Assembly (NCBI GenBank): GCA_950097015.1
Contig: CATNEN010000002.1
Location: 434,001-498,000, forward strand
DNA length: 64,000 nt
From: Macrostomum hystrix
Lineage: Eukaryota; Animalia; Platyhelminthes
Direction: 5' to 3'
Below are positions 1-12,400 of this stretch, piece after piece (the stretch's first letter is position 1; the number at the start of each line of letters is the position of its first letter). The notes beneath the pieces were generated by a model that saw only the letters and a program-made list of their open reading frames with translations, was not told the DNA's origin and did no database searches. Both the position numbers and the translations under genes were made by a program.

Positions 1-2
1 AG

Positions 3-449
3 GCGTTCTCGGCGTTGCCTGCGTACGCCGATCTGCGCCGCTGCATGGCCTGGATTCGTCAGCGCGAGGACCAGCTGAGACGCTCGCAGCAGCTGCCTGC
101 CGGCGCTGACCTCGCGGCCGTCAGCGACGTCGCCGAACTGCTGCGCCGATTGTGCGCCTCCGTCATCGATCAGCGAGTCCAGATTAACGCATGCGAAGCT
201 GCCAGAGCCAGCCTGGCTGCCGGCGAGGAGCGAGAGACCTTCGACGGGCTGCTGGGCGAGCTTGACTCCGCCTATCGCGCCCTCCTGCAGGCGGCCAACC
301 GTCGCCAGGCTGAGACTGAGGACCTGCTGGCCTTCATGGAGAGCGCGGAGGCTGAGGTGGCCTGGCTGGTTGAGAAGGAGGCCGAGCTGCTCGGGCACGA
401 CTGGGGCACCGCAAGTCTGGAGACAGACGATGTGGAAGTCTACTTTAAG
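3..449 (+). CDS. shot: Spectraplakin exon 1 in window (plakin-domain spectrin repeat; 5' end outside window)
   Basis: Open frame with [19 protein letters not shown]; donor AAG|gtgaga at 449/450, phase 0. Confidence 0.9.
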
Positions 450-3400
450 GTGAGATAATTTACCCGTGATCTGGAGCTGAAAATTTGTCACTTATCAATT
501 AAAATTTGTTAGTTTTCACATCTAGGAGAATTCCATTATTAAGTTTTCGCACATATTTTTTTAAAACTATCTTCAGGTTGCAAATTCTTATGCATAAAAG
601 CATGCTGTGTCATGAACTCAATAAAATATTATTTGCACATGAAATTTTAATAAAGACGTCGAGATTCGACTAGTATTTTCAAGATTACACATCACATCGG
701 TTTTTAAAAGCTGGAAAACTTTGTCTCGATCCGTTCGGTTTTAGAATTGCTACAATCGGCTGAAGGTATTTAAGAAAATTGCGCTTCTGAAATTGGTACT
801 TTCTCAGTTCAGCTCACAGTAGCACTGCCACAGTAGTTATAGTATGCTATTTTTGTCGTGACAGTGACAAAAAATCTAATAATTTTGTCCAAGCACCTTT
901 GAAAAAGAGACTAATAGTTTCTAAGCAAAGTTTTCACCTGTGCATCGCTGTTACACAGGTAGGCTCACATATAATGTCAGTAATTAGTTTTAGACTTATA
1001 AAAATACACTTACCTTTGGTTGCTAGTATCCAAGCTCTACCTGCATTACACAACCGTTTTCCAATTTCATTTCTAAAGCATTTAATCAGAGAAGTTTTGT
1101 TAAAAAGCACTCCACCATCGCATTGTTAACCTTTATGATCACAATAACATGCACATTGTTGTCTCTGTGCCCTGTCTTTGTTGTGCTAACTCATGAACCT
1201 CCCAATAATCAGGTTAAGAATCTGTCCTAAATATTACTCCTATGTCTTTATTGCTCTCGTCAATAATGTCCCCTTTGTCAAATGAGGACAGTTGTTTTGT
1301 ACTTTGGCAGTGAGTGGCATCTGCATCTAACACCGATGACCCTGAGCTCGATTCGGCGGCGAGGCCACATTCACTGGAGGAAAGCCTTAGAGAGAAGGCT
1401 TGGGGGATTGTTGTGCAATTTACGCCATTTAGAGCCAAGCATCTCAGTCACAGTGAGAGTGTACATTGCCTGACAATCAAAGCACATAGTCGTTAGAGTG
1501 TGCTCATGGGTCAGCGCATTGGGATGAATGACCTCCTCGCTGGCTGCAGGACGAATGTCGTCAAACGATGCGTCCTACAAATAATAATTGTTCTGTATTT
1601 AGGACAGTATTTAGAAAAATTCCATACACTTGCATGCAGTCTTTCCGTATAAAAGTACTAATGTTTTCTTCAGCTTCTGCTGGCCCCAATATTATTGCTT
1701 TGTTTGTGTTCCTATTAACGCCCTGAAAAATCAACATTAAGAACTTACAGTTGAGTAAACGGATTTGAGCACATTTAAGATAGTCAAAAACCCACTGCTC
1801 ATCACTGCTCATCACCTCCAGAAACTCATGGAGAGCCTGGAGAGTCGCGAGGCCCAGTTCAACGCCGTCATCGGGCAGGGCGCCGAATTGCGTCGTCGCG
1901 GCCACCCGGCTGAGGCCACGGTTCACGAGACATCGGCCAGGATGGAGCAGCAGTGGACCTGGTTTCTCAGCCTCACAAACTGCCTGGAGCATCACCTGGA
2001 GATGGCGGTCAGGTCTGGACAATTCTTTGCCATTGCCAGAGAGCTCAATGATTGGACCGAGCACACTCAGCAGCGGATGAGCACGGAGTTCCTCCTGCAC
2101 GAGGGTCACAGCTCCGAGGAGGGTCACGAGATGCTTCGAGGCCTTCGAGCCGTTCGTGAGCAGCTGCTTCAGAAGTCAGCGGAGCTCGAGCACCTCAATG
2201 GGGAGGCTGTCCACCTGGCGCCAGTGCCAATTAGGCGCAATCAGCGCTACGAATCATTGAAAGGAGCAACAGGTGCCAGAACCCTGTGCGGCTTTCAGCA
2301 CCTGGCCCAGGGCGAGCCCCTGGAGCTGCTAGACGCGAGCGGGCCGAAGTGCTTGGCTCGGCCGCGCCAAGGACCTCCGATTTGGCTGCCGGCACTCTGC
2401 ATCCGTCTGTCCGGCCCCTGCCCGGAGGCAAGCGACGCTGCTAAGAAGCTCGGAGCAAAGTTTCAGCATTTGGAAAAGTGAGTTGGCCTCGTTTTCTATT
2501 AGCTCGTAGCAACCGCTGCCCATTAGCTTAGATTCACAAACGTACCCGTGAGTCATTTTCATCAATTCCTCATCATCAAGAGCCGCTGACTCTTTTCTAA
2601 CTCTCCACACCAATGTCCCTAAAGCTTGACGGGGGGGATTTTCTCATCGCTGGATGCCTGTCGACTGAAAAAAGACTCGAAAAATCGCCTCAAACAATCA
2701 CTGCCATTTCGCCACAGCTATAGTTTATATTATTCATTAGGGAGGTTGTGGTCCATTTGTTTAGGCTTGGACTTCTGACAGATAGAGAGAGGTCAGGAGT
2801 TCGATTTTCAAACCCAGGAGAAACAATTTTTGTTCTTAGTGTTCTTAGGCTTGGTGTGATTTCTATCCATTCCTGATTATCCTAAGCCCCAATGAACTCA
2901 CAACAGACTCATGCAGCGACGTGAATTGCGCATTCGTGAGCAACTGGTTCGCGCTGCAATGACCAGTCTGCTGCAGCAACCGCAGGAGGAGCTGGCCGCC
3001 CTACCCCTGGAGCATCGGAGGGCTCTCCTGGACTCCCTCAACCAGGACGCTGGCAAGCTGCTGCTGGATATGAAGGTGGAGGGCATCGCCCCCTTGGATA
3101 GTCAAGCTTTCACCTCTGACCTGGACGCCTGCAATGACGCGTTCTTCAGGCTAGCTCGCGGAGCCGGCAGGTTTGCTGATTCCGGCCGGCTGCAGGTGAG
3201 CTGAGCGAGCTTTTACTTGGGTTAGACGTCAAGAAATGAGTTTCTTCGTTATAATTTATCGAGTCAATTTCTTTCAGGAGGAGCTGGAGCGTCTCGACTC
3301 TAAGCTGGCGAGCTTTGAGGCTCGAATGCGTGCGCTGACGTCCGCTGGCGGCCCAGACGATCTGCCCTCCTTGGAAGCCGCTGTAGCTGAGCAGAACTCT

Positions 3401-6400
3401 CTGGAGTCCCAGCTCAGCGGTCTAGAATGGGAGATGAACTACCTGCGCCAGCGGCTGCAGCAGGAGCTCGGCGTCCTGCCAGAGTCGTTTCAACTGCTTG
3501 AGAGGCGGCGAGCCAGCGTCTGGGACGTGGCGCACGAACAAGTTCGACGCCTGCAATCGGCCAGAGATTTTCTAGCTCAATTGGAGGGCCTGGCATCAAG
3601 ACTGGCCCAGGCTGAGCAGCTGCTAACTGAGAGCCGAATCTTCCCGGTGCGAGAAGCTGAGCTGCACAGACACCTGACCAGTTTGCGGGTGAGAACACCT
3701 GGATATCGACAAAATGAATTATTCTATTAGTATGCAATTAAATATGCTGATAGACTTTATCCGCTTCGCACCCAACCCATTTCACTCCGCCTGTAGAACG
3801 TGCAGCAAATACTAAACGCCGCCCGAGCCGAACTGAACTCAGCAGAAGCCGCACCGCAGCTGAGCAAGCTGGTTCGACCCATCGGCGAAAAGTGGCGCCG
3901 GTTGAATGAAACCGCGGAGCAGAGACTCGCTCTCCTGGGCCACTGCTCCAGCCAGTTCGACAGCTACATGCGCCTGGCCAAGCAGTTCTCCGTCTGGCTC
4001 GCTGGATGTCATCGCCGTCTGCAGGCAGCCGCGCCAAATGATCCCGAAATTATCACGGAGGTCGGGAAATCAGCAGAGCAGGCGGGCGCTGATCTCGCCA
4101 GCCTCAATTCTACTGGCAACGAGCTGATCAGGGTGGCGCGAAACTATGATTTCTACTGCCAAAACGGCAGCGGCTCCAGCAGCGAAGGTGGGGCCGAGCA
4201 GCTCCAAGAAGAGCTTGCACGCCTGAACGGCGACTTTCAAAAACTAGTTGCGTCGCTGGAGCATCGCCAGAAGGTACTCTTGGCGAACAGGCAGCCTGAT
4301 TTAAGTCACGAAAGCGGTAACCTCGGTAGCTATGGAGACGCACACAGCGGCTACCAAGAGGTACCTAAACATGCCGTTTTAACTAACACACCTAGTCCAG
4401 CGTTTGGTGTGGCTAACCAGTTTGCTTCTGCAACAACTGTCAGAGACAGTCGCGACGGCTGGTCCGTTGCCGCTTTCTCTTCAGTCACCGAAGAGGCCGT
4501 ACAAGAGGCAGGCACAGCGCTGCTAGTTGGCAGCGACAGGGCGGTTCCTCTAACCCAGTTGCGCAGCCCGGTGCAGCTCACGGCGAGCACGACTGTGTCT
4601 CCTGTAGCCATGGTCACAGTGCACCCGCCCCCGGCTTTGCAGTCGCACAGATCAGGCGCGATCGATCGAAGTAAAATGGGTGGGGAAGAGACGATTAACT
4701 TCCCCAGAGCAGAGGAGGAGCTCCCGCTGAGCGCTCGCGGGTTTGAAAAGGCGCAGACAACGGCCGTTATAAGTGGAGGAAGTGAATCGATTGCCAGACC
4801 AGGGGAATTTGCTCCGCTGCCGGGACAGACTATTGTGAAACAGGAGCAGGCTAAAGCTGCGGCAATGGCGGCCGCAATGGCAGAGCAGCAACAGCAGCAG
4901 CAGCCGCAATCAATGCAACGAAAGCGACGATTAACTAGCGAAGAAGTGCCTGACGAAGAGACAGTTCGTAAGCAGCCACAGCAGCAGCAGCAGCAAGGCC
5001 AGCAACTGAAGGCTCTGCGTATTGATACTTCTCCTGAGGCAACAGCAGTGTCGACTACAGCGTCCAGGCCTGCTGCAACAGCTCCCACGCTAAATGAGCT
5101 GCTGACCCGCGGCCTGGTAGACGAGACATCAGGCTTACTGGTGCTCCCACTGCCAGGCGCGCCTTTCACTATAGCTGAAGCGTTGAATCGCGGCCTCATT
5201 GATCCTGTTCTATCGACGATTGTGGACCCCGACACTGGCGCCCAGGTACCTCTGGATCGGGCGATCGCCACAGGTCTCTTGAACCCAGACACCGGCAGTG
5301 TACGGTGTCGGAGCAGTGGACAAAATCTTACATTCGCAGACGCTATCCTGGAAGGCCTGGTGCCGGAAGAAACGCCAATGGCCACAGGTCACATGACTTT
5401 TGAAGAGGCCCTTAGCCGAGGATTTGTTGACTACAAGCGCAACATGCTGGAACTGCCGGGCCGTCCGGCCGTGCCGATCGATCGGGCAATCGCATCGGGC
5501 TGGATCGATCCGCCCCAGTCCGTCACCAGCGTTCGCAGCAAGGAGCGCCGCACTCCGACATCCCTGAACGAGGGCAGCTCCCGCTCGGTAATCGGCTCCA
5601 GACGAAACGCTGATACAGCGAGTGAAGGCAGCGAACTGACAGATGTAACACAGCTGCCAGGGGCTGGAGCAGCCTCTGGAGGACCGTTCTTGGACTCACC
5701 GGCCCCATCGTCGTCAATAGTAACATCCACCGCAGGATCGGAGCTGTCTGTTCTTGCCAGCACATTGCTCGCCCGTCGCACTGCGGTGCCAGCCGCATCC
5801 GCACCGCCTACAACAGATTCTGGGTCAAAGGCCAGCCAGTCTAGCCAGCCGCAGCAGCAGCAGCAGCAGCCTTCGAAACAGCAGTCAAGTGGAAAACAGT
5901 CTTCTAGCACTGACAGAAAGAATGGCGCCGATGCCAGAGAAGATCGCGACGACGGTAGGCCAGCGGGTGTGCAGCCGAGTGACATTGGTAGCTTTAGCAT
6001 GGTTGACAGTGGTCTGGAAAGAAACTGCGTGCTGGACATGCTGTGCCTGAAGCACGGCAGCACCAAAATTCCAGGCCGCGTTACTAGTCAGATGCTACTT
6101 AGCGGCGATGTGGATCTAGCTTCGGGAACTCTGAAGGATCCAGAAAGCCTGCAGCGCATCACTATTGTTGAGGCCATTCGAAAGCGGAGTGCCTACGCTA
6201 CTGTAGTGACTGTTGGCAAAGGAAAAATGTACGTGGAGCAGTACGATAGTCGGCATCACATGCACGAGATTCAGGGCGTCTACGACTCGTACAACCGTAC
6301 CAGAGTTTCTGTGTTTGAAGCTCTCGAGCGTGGCCTGATTGACCCGGTGCGGGCAACTTATCTGGACACAAAGACTGGCTACGTGTCTGTCCTGACCGAT

Positions 6401-9400
6401 GCCATGCGCGAGGGCCAGGTGCAAACCATACCACTGTCTCGCGCTCCCAGCAGTTTGACTCATCCGTTCGACAACTATCACGCTAGGACCATTGAGGAGG
6501 AGCTGACTCTTGAAATGCCTCACAAGCTGCCAAAAGATGTTCGCGACTCCGTTTCCGCCGAATCGAAGCAGCAGCCGGCGCGGAAGCAACCGCCGCAGCC
6601 GCAGGAGCAGCAGGAGCCGTTGGTTGCGGTGAGCACAGCGGCAACTTCGGTGCTGAATCAACCAGCTGCCGACCCAATGGACTCGTCAAGTCAGCCGCAG
6701 CGATTCCGACTGGGCCAGGGCTACGAGCTGACAGCCAATGGCCAGGTGAAAGATCCTAGCGGCGCTCTCATCTCCCTGGAGACGGCTGAGAAGCTCGGCA
6801 TCCTGACTGTGGCCGGCTCGGCCGCCGATCCAATGTCGCAGGTATGGCGCGCTGTGACGGCTGGCTGCAGCCTGATTCTCTGGCTCAGGCCATTGTTGTG
6901 GCCAGAGACAGGCTGATCGGAGACCCGAATAATAATAGTTAACTAATTGTATTGCTAAACCTTGCAGCTTGAATTGACATAACAATAGCTCTCTAAGTAA
7001 ACTGAAAACTCAGATTTTTTCAAGGTTTAGCAATGGGCATGAAGTGCTTGAGATTTGTAAGAATATATTAGATTTATGTCGCGTTACTAAGCAGCTCAGA
7101 TATTGGCAACATTGAAGGCATTATTAAAAATTTAATTATTTAATTTACTCTTTACTCTTGGTCGATGGGTTGCTATAACGGCACGTCTACTTTATTCTCG
7201 CAAAAGTCTCTTTTGCTTGTGTTGTATATGCATTATTCCTTTTTCCTATTTGGTGCGTGTCCAGTGTTATTCCACAGAGCTCTATATTTCTCATTGTCTC
7301 CGCCCAACTTGCAGCGCTAAATCCCATTCGCTACTCTCCACCCTCACTGGTTGCAGGCCTCTGACGCGGCTGTCTCCACACAGCCAACTTCGCACGCCTT
7401 TGGTGACGGTTTTTCTCAGCCTCCGCCTCTCCCCGCCTCTCCCACCCGCCCCGTTCCGCCCCATCATCCGATTGTCTCCGCCACTGCCGACCACCCTGGC
7501 ACCGACGACCAGTTGCATCTGCAGCAGCAAATCAGCTCGATGCGGATGCCGCGAGCTGGCGCTGATGTTCTCGGCCAAGCTTCGGGCACAGCGCCGCAAA
7601 ATATGTTCGGCGACAGGCGCCTCGGTAACCGCCATCAACGGCCGGACGAAGATTTCCCAATGACGGAAGAGGAGCAGTTGAAGCTGGAGCAGCAGTTCAA
7701 TGCGTTGCATGCACTGGCGGATGAGCTGGCTTTGGACGAGGATGAGGCAAGCCAGGGTGCCCCAAATCAGGAAGACTCGACCAGCATCGCAAGGCAACCA
7801 CTCGCGAGCAGTCTTCGAGCTCAATGGGCGTCTTCTGATCGACCGTCAGCTCTTCAAGTGGCCACTGAGGGCGCCTTTAACCCCAGCCTGCTCTGCTGCT
7901 ACCGCCCGGACTCGCTGGAACCCGTGTCCCTGGCTCGTGCTATTCGCGACGACTTTCTCAGCGGACAGGGCACTAAACTGCTAGTCAATTCGGCACCTGG
8001 AAGCGCCACAGAAATTAGTCTGCGTCAGGCGCTCGAATTGGGCATTGTAAATCGGAATGATCGAGATGAAGACCAGCTCACTGAACGACTGGCTAACGGT
8101 TCCCTTCGCGTCGCTTGCGCGCCCTACGCTGGCTGTCTGTACCTTCGACGGCTAGTGGAGGACAACTGGGATCCTGCGCGGCTGCTGTTCGCCGATCCGG
8201 CCGGACGTCTGGTGACGTTTCCGCAGGCCGTGGAGTCCGGCATTCTCTCCCCGGATCTCGTACTGGTTCGCGACCTCAGCTCCGGAGAGTCGCTGAGGCT
8301 GGCAACGGCGCTGCACCGTGAATTGGTGCATCCGGTGACCGGAGCTGTGCTGGACACGAACACCGGCTGCTCGGCTCCGTTGGAAGAGGCCGCTCGCATT
8401 GGAGTCATCACTGCTCCGCACGAGAAACAGCTGGCCAGATCCACTGGCGAACAGGTATGGCCCACACTTCTATTTTTCTAATCGAACAATACGGATTTGT
8501 GTTCTAGTCTGTTGCACCGCATTGGACTAAAAACAGGAAATGTCACAATTTAATTTTCAGGCCTACTATTACTACGTAGGTTGGAAGAACAATGAACCCT
8601 TAGAAAAAATGTATTCTAATCTGTATTCTGCCTGAACTATATTGATAAAAAGGTTAAATTCTTCGTTACTTAAGCCTACTACTATAACATACCCTCGATG
8701 AAAAACCGTGAATAAAATGATAAGATAATTTCGGAAATTTCCTAACTCAAAGAAGCACTCACTCTGATAAAACAACTACACTCAATTCTAAAGACTTGCA
8801 TGGCTTTTTAGGCTGAAAACTTTAGAAGACACTATGAGAATACTGATTAGATGCTATCGTCTAGTTTTAATGAAACACATTAGCGTTAAAAAATGCGCAC
8901 TTTATATGCATTAAAAAATTCTAAACTAGGCAAACAATTATTTGTTATTTTTGCACAGAATTTGTAAAAGCTACATAATTATATAAATGGCACCTCTCGT
9001 CCTATTATCGCGCTAACAAAGGCTAGAAAATATTTGATTTGCACGCTGAGTATAAATTTATTGTGTACAGATTTAACGATGTCAGTTTTGCTGGAAAAAA
9101 TATTTGTGAGTCAATTTTACCTATGTTATAATAGTGAACGTTTCGAAGGTATAAAATTTATGTTACCTTGAAAAATTGTTTGCCAATCGGCCCAGGTTCC
9201 CGATAGCAGCCCGCGCAGCAGCAAAAGCAGCAGCAGCAGCGGTGGCGGAGGCCCCAGTAGCTCTGAAGCGCGGCCGCCGCTGCCGCGCAGAGGCAGTGCA
9301 GAAATAGTTCAGACTGACCCGAACACACCGGGAACTTTTAGCCATACAGGGACAATCCCTTTAGGCTTCTCTGTCGGGATGTTCCCTAACTGCCTGGCTG

Positions 9401-12400
9401 TTCGCCTGGGTGAAAGAGGCGAGGTGACATTGTTTAACTTTAGTCGTTCTCAGTCGCCATCAATAGATCAAGACCCTCTGCTGGTTGGTCCCGGCAGCTA
9501 CCGTGCCGGTCTTGGCGCGGACTTTCAGCCAGTGCTGCTGTTCTTCGACAGTGACAACGGAGCGACGCTACATTTCGGAGACTGCCTTCAACGAGGCCTC
9601 TTCCACCTCATTGAGTCAACTGTTCTTGAAGAATTTTCTAGAGTCACTATCTTGAGCGAAGCGTTGAGCGACGGACTTGTGCATCCGCGCAGCGGAGACC
9701 TGATGAGTCACAAGCATCAGCATCGCGTACCCAATTTGGATTTTTCGCGAGCTCTGCGCGCCGGCAGACTAGTTTTGCGCCTGGCAGCTGAGCTCGCTGC
9801 GACCGTGCAGTCAGTCGACTCCCTGCCGACGCCCGTAGCTGACTCTCTGGCCGAAACTTTGAAACTCGAGTTGAGTCCTCTGGGCTTGTGGCACAGCTAC
9901 GCCGGTATCGAAGATCCGGCCTCCGGAGCTCGTCTGTCTCTCAGCGAAGCTGTTCGCCGAGGCCTCATCAGCCAGACAGAGGCTGACGCACTTTTGAAGC
10001 GCTTACTGCCAAGCTTTCGTGAACTGGCCGAATCCTACGATCCAGTGCGTCGGTTTCTTGTGAATCCAGCGAACGGACAGTTCATCAGTTTAGTGGAAGC
10101 TGTGCGACTCGGCCTACTCACAATAGACCAGCTGCACGAACTTCAGAGGTGCAGGTGCACCGAGTCGCAGTTCTTTTGCGACGATATTTTGGACCAGGAA
10201 ATCGGCTGGCAAGCTTCGGCTAGCGAACTGAACGGATTATCGGACTGGCGCGACTCTCGCACAGCGATTTCCAGCGCCAAGCAGGTCAGGAAGCGTGCTC
10301 AAATCCTTAGCGACAGTGAAAGCAACGCCGCAACTCACGGAGAGTTGACAGTCAGCGGCGACCGCCTAGGGACAGCTGTTTCCGAGCTGAGTCAGCCTGA
10401 GCAAACTCACCCATTGCCACCCCAGGCCAAGTTGGCAAAAGTGTCGTCGCTTGAGGACGCACTGAGTCAGCCAAGTCACGCTGGCACTACAACGAGCGAC
10501 TCGGCACTTTCACACCCGGCAGACAGAAGTAGCGATATCACTCGTGGTCATGAGAGTGGTGTGAAGCATGCTCAAGTGGCCCTAGTGGAGAGACAATCCG
10601 GTATTACTCGAGTGCTGTCTGAGACTGATTCACCCGTTAGCCCGTCATCCCCTACAGCAGAGCCAATGGATTATGAAAGCATAGCCAAAAATGCGGCATC
10701 TAAATTGACTAGAACCAGTCAGCAACCTATTAGGGAATCGGATCAATCAGAAAATGTGCCAGATGGAGGCATTATTCAGCCAACCCAGAAGCCGACCCAG
10801 AATTTTAATCAATTTCATAGAAAACAGAAGCAGGAATTGACCGAGCAGCAAATGACTGGAGCAAAACATTCTGACCAACAACTGGAAAAGGGCATGTCAG
10901 AATCCGGTCAGCAAGGATTCTTGTCAGGATCTGGTCAGCAACAAGATGAAGGTTTTTCAGGATTCATTGAGCAGCAAGATGGAAGCTTGCAAGAATCAGG
11001 TCAGCAACGAGACGTAAGCTTGCCAGAATATGGTCAGCAAAAATATGGAAGCTTGTCAGGATCTGGTCAGCAGCAAGACGGAAGCTCGCTAGGACCAGGT
11101 CAGCAGCAAGACGAAAGTTTGTCAGGATCCGGTCAGCAGCAAGACGGACACTTGCCAAAATTCGGTCAGCAAGACGCAATCTTGTCAGGATCAGGTCAGC
11201 AACAAGACGCAAGCTTGTCAGGATCTGGTGAGAAGCCAGACAGAACATTGCTAGGACCAGGTCAGCAGCAAGACGCCAGCTTGTCAGGATTCGGTCAGCA
11301 ACAAGACTCCAGCTTGTCAGGATCTTGTCAGCAACAAGACGCAAGCTTGTCAGGATCTGGTGAGAAGCCAGACGGAACATTGCTAGGATCAGGTCAGCAG
11401 CAAGACTCAAGCTTGCCAGGATCTGGTCGGCAGCCAGACGGAGCCTTGCTAGAACCAGATCAGCAAAAAGAATCAAGCTTGTCAGGTTTAGGTCAGCAGC
11501 AAGACGGAAGCTTGTCAGGATCCGGTCAGCAACGAGACGGTAGCTTGTCAGGATCCGGTCAGCAACAAGACGGAAGTTTGTCAAGTTCAGATCAGCAACA
11601 AGGACGCTTTTCAGGATCCGGTGAGCAACAAGACGAAAGCTTGTCAGGATCTTGTCAGCAGCAAGATGGACAATTGCCAAAATCCGGTCAGCAAGACGCA
11701 ATCTTGTCAGGATCAGGTCAGCAGCCAGACGGAACCTTGCTAGGACCAGGTCAGCAGCAAGACGCAATCTTGTCAGGATCCGGTCAGCAGCCAGACGCAA
11801 GCTTGTCAAGATCTGGTCAGCAGCATGACGTAAGCTTGTCAGGATCCGGTCAGCAACAAGACTCCAGCTTGTCAGTATCTGGTCAGCAGCCAGACGGAAC
11901 CTTGCTAGGATCCGGTCAGCAACAAGACGCAAGCTTGTCAGGATCTGGTCAGCAAAAAGAATCAAGCTTGTCAGGATCCGGTCAGCAACAAGACTCCAGC
12001 TTGTCAGGATCTGGTCAGCAGCCAGACGGAACCTTGCTAGGATCCGGTCAGCAACAAGACGAAAGCTTGTCAGGATCTGGTCAGCAAAAAGAATCAAGCT
12101 TGTCAGGATCAGGTCAGCAGCCAGACAGAACCTTGCTAGGACCAGGTCAGCAGCAAGACGCAATCTTGTCAGGATCCGGTCAGCAGCCAGACGCAAGCTT
12201 GTCAAGATCTGGTCAGCAGCATGACGTAAGCTTGTCAGGATCCGGTCAGCAACAAGACTCCAGCTTGTCAGGATCCGGTCAGCAGCCAGACGGAACCTTG
12301 CTAGGATCCGGTCAGCAACAAGACGCAAGCTTGTCAGGATCCGGTCAGCAAAAAGAGTCAAGCTTGTCAGGAACCGGTCAGCAACAAGACGCCAGCTTGT

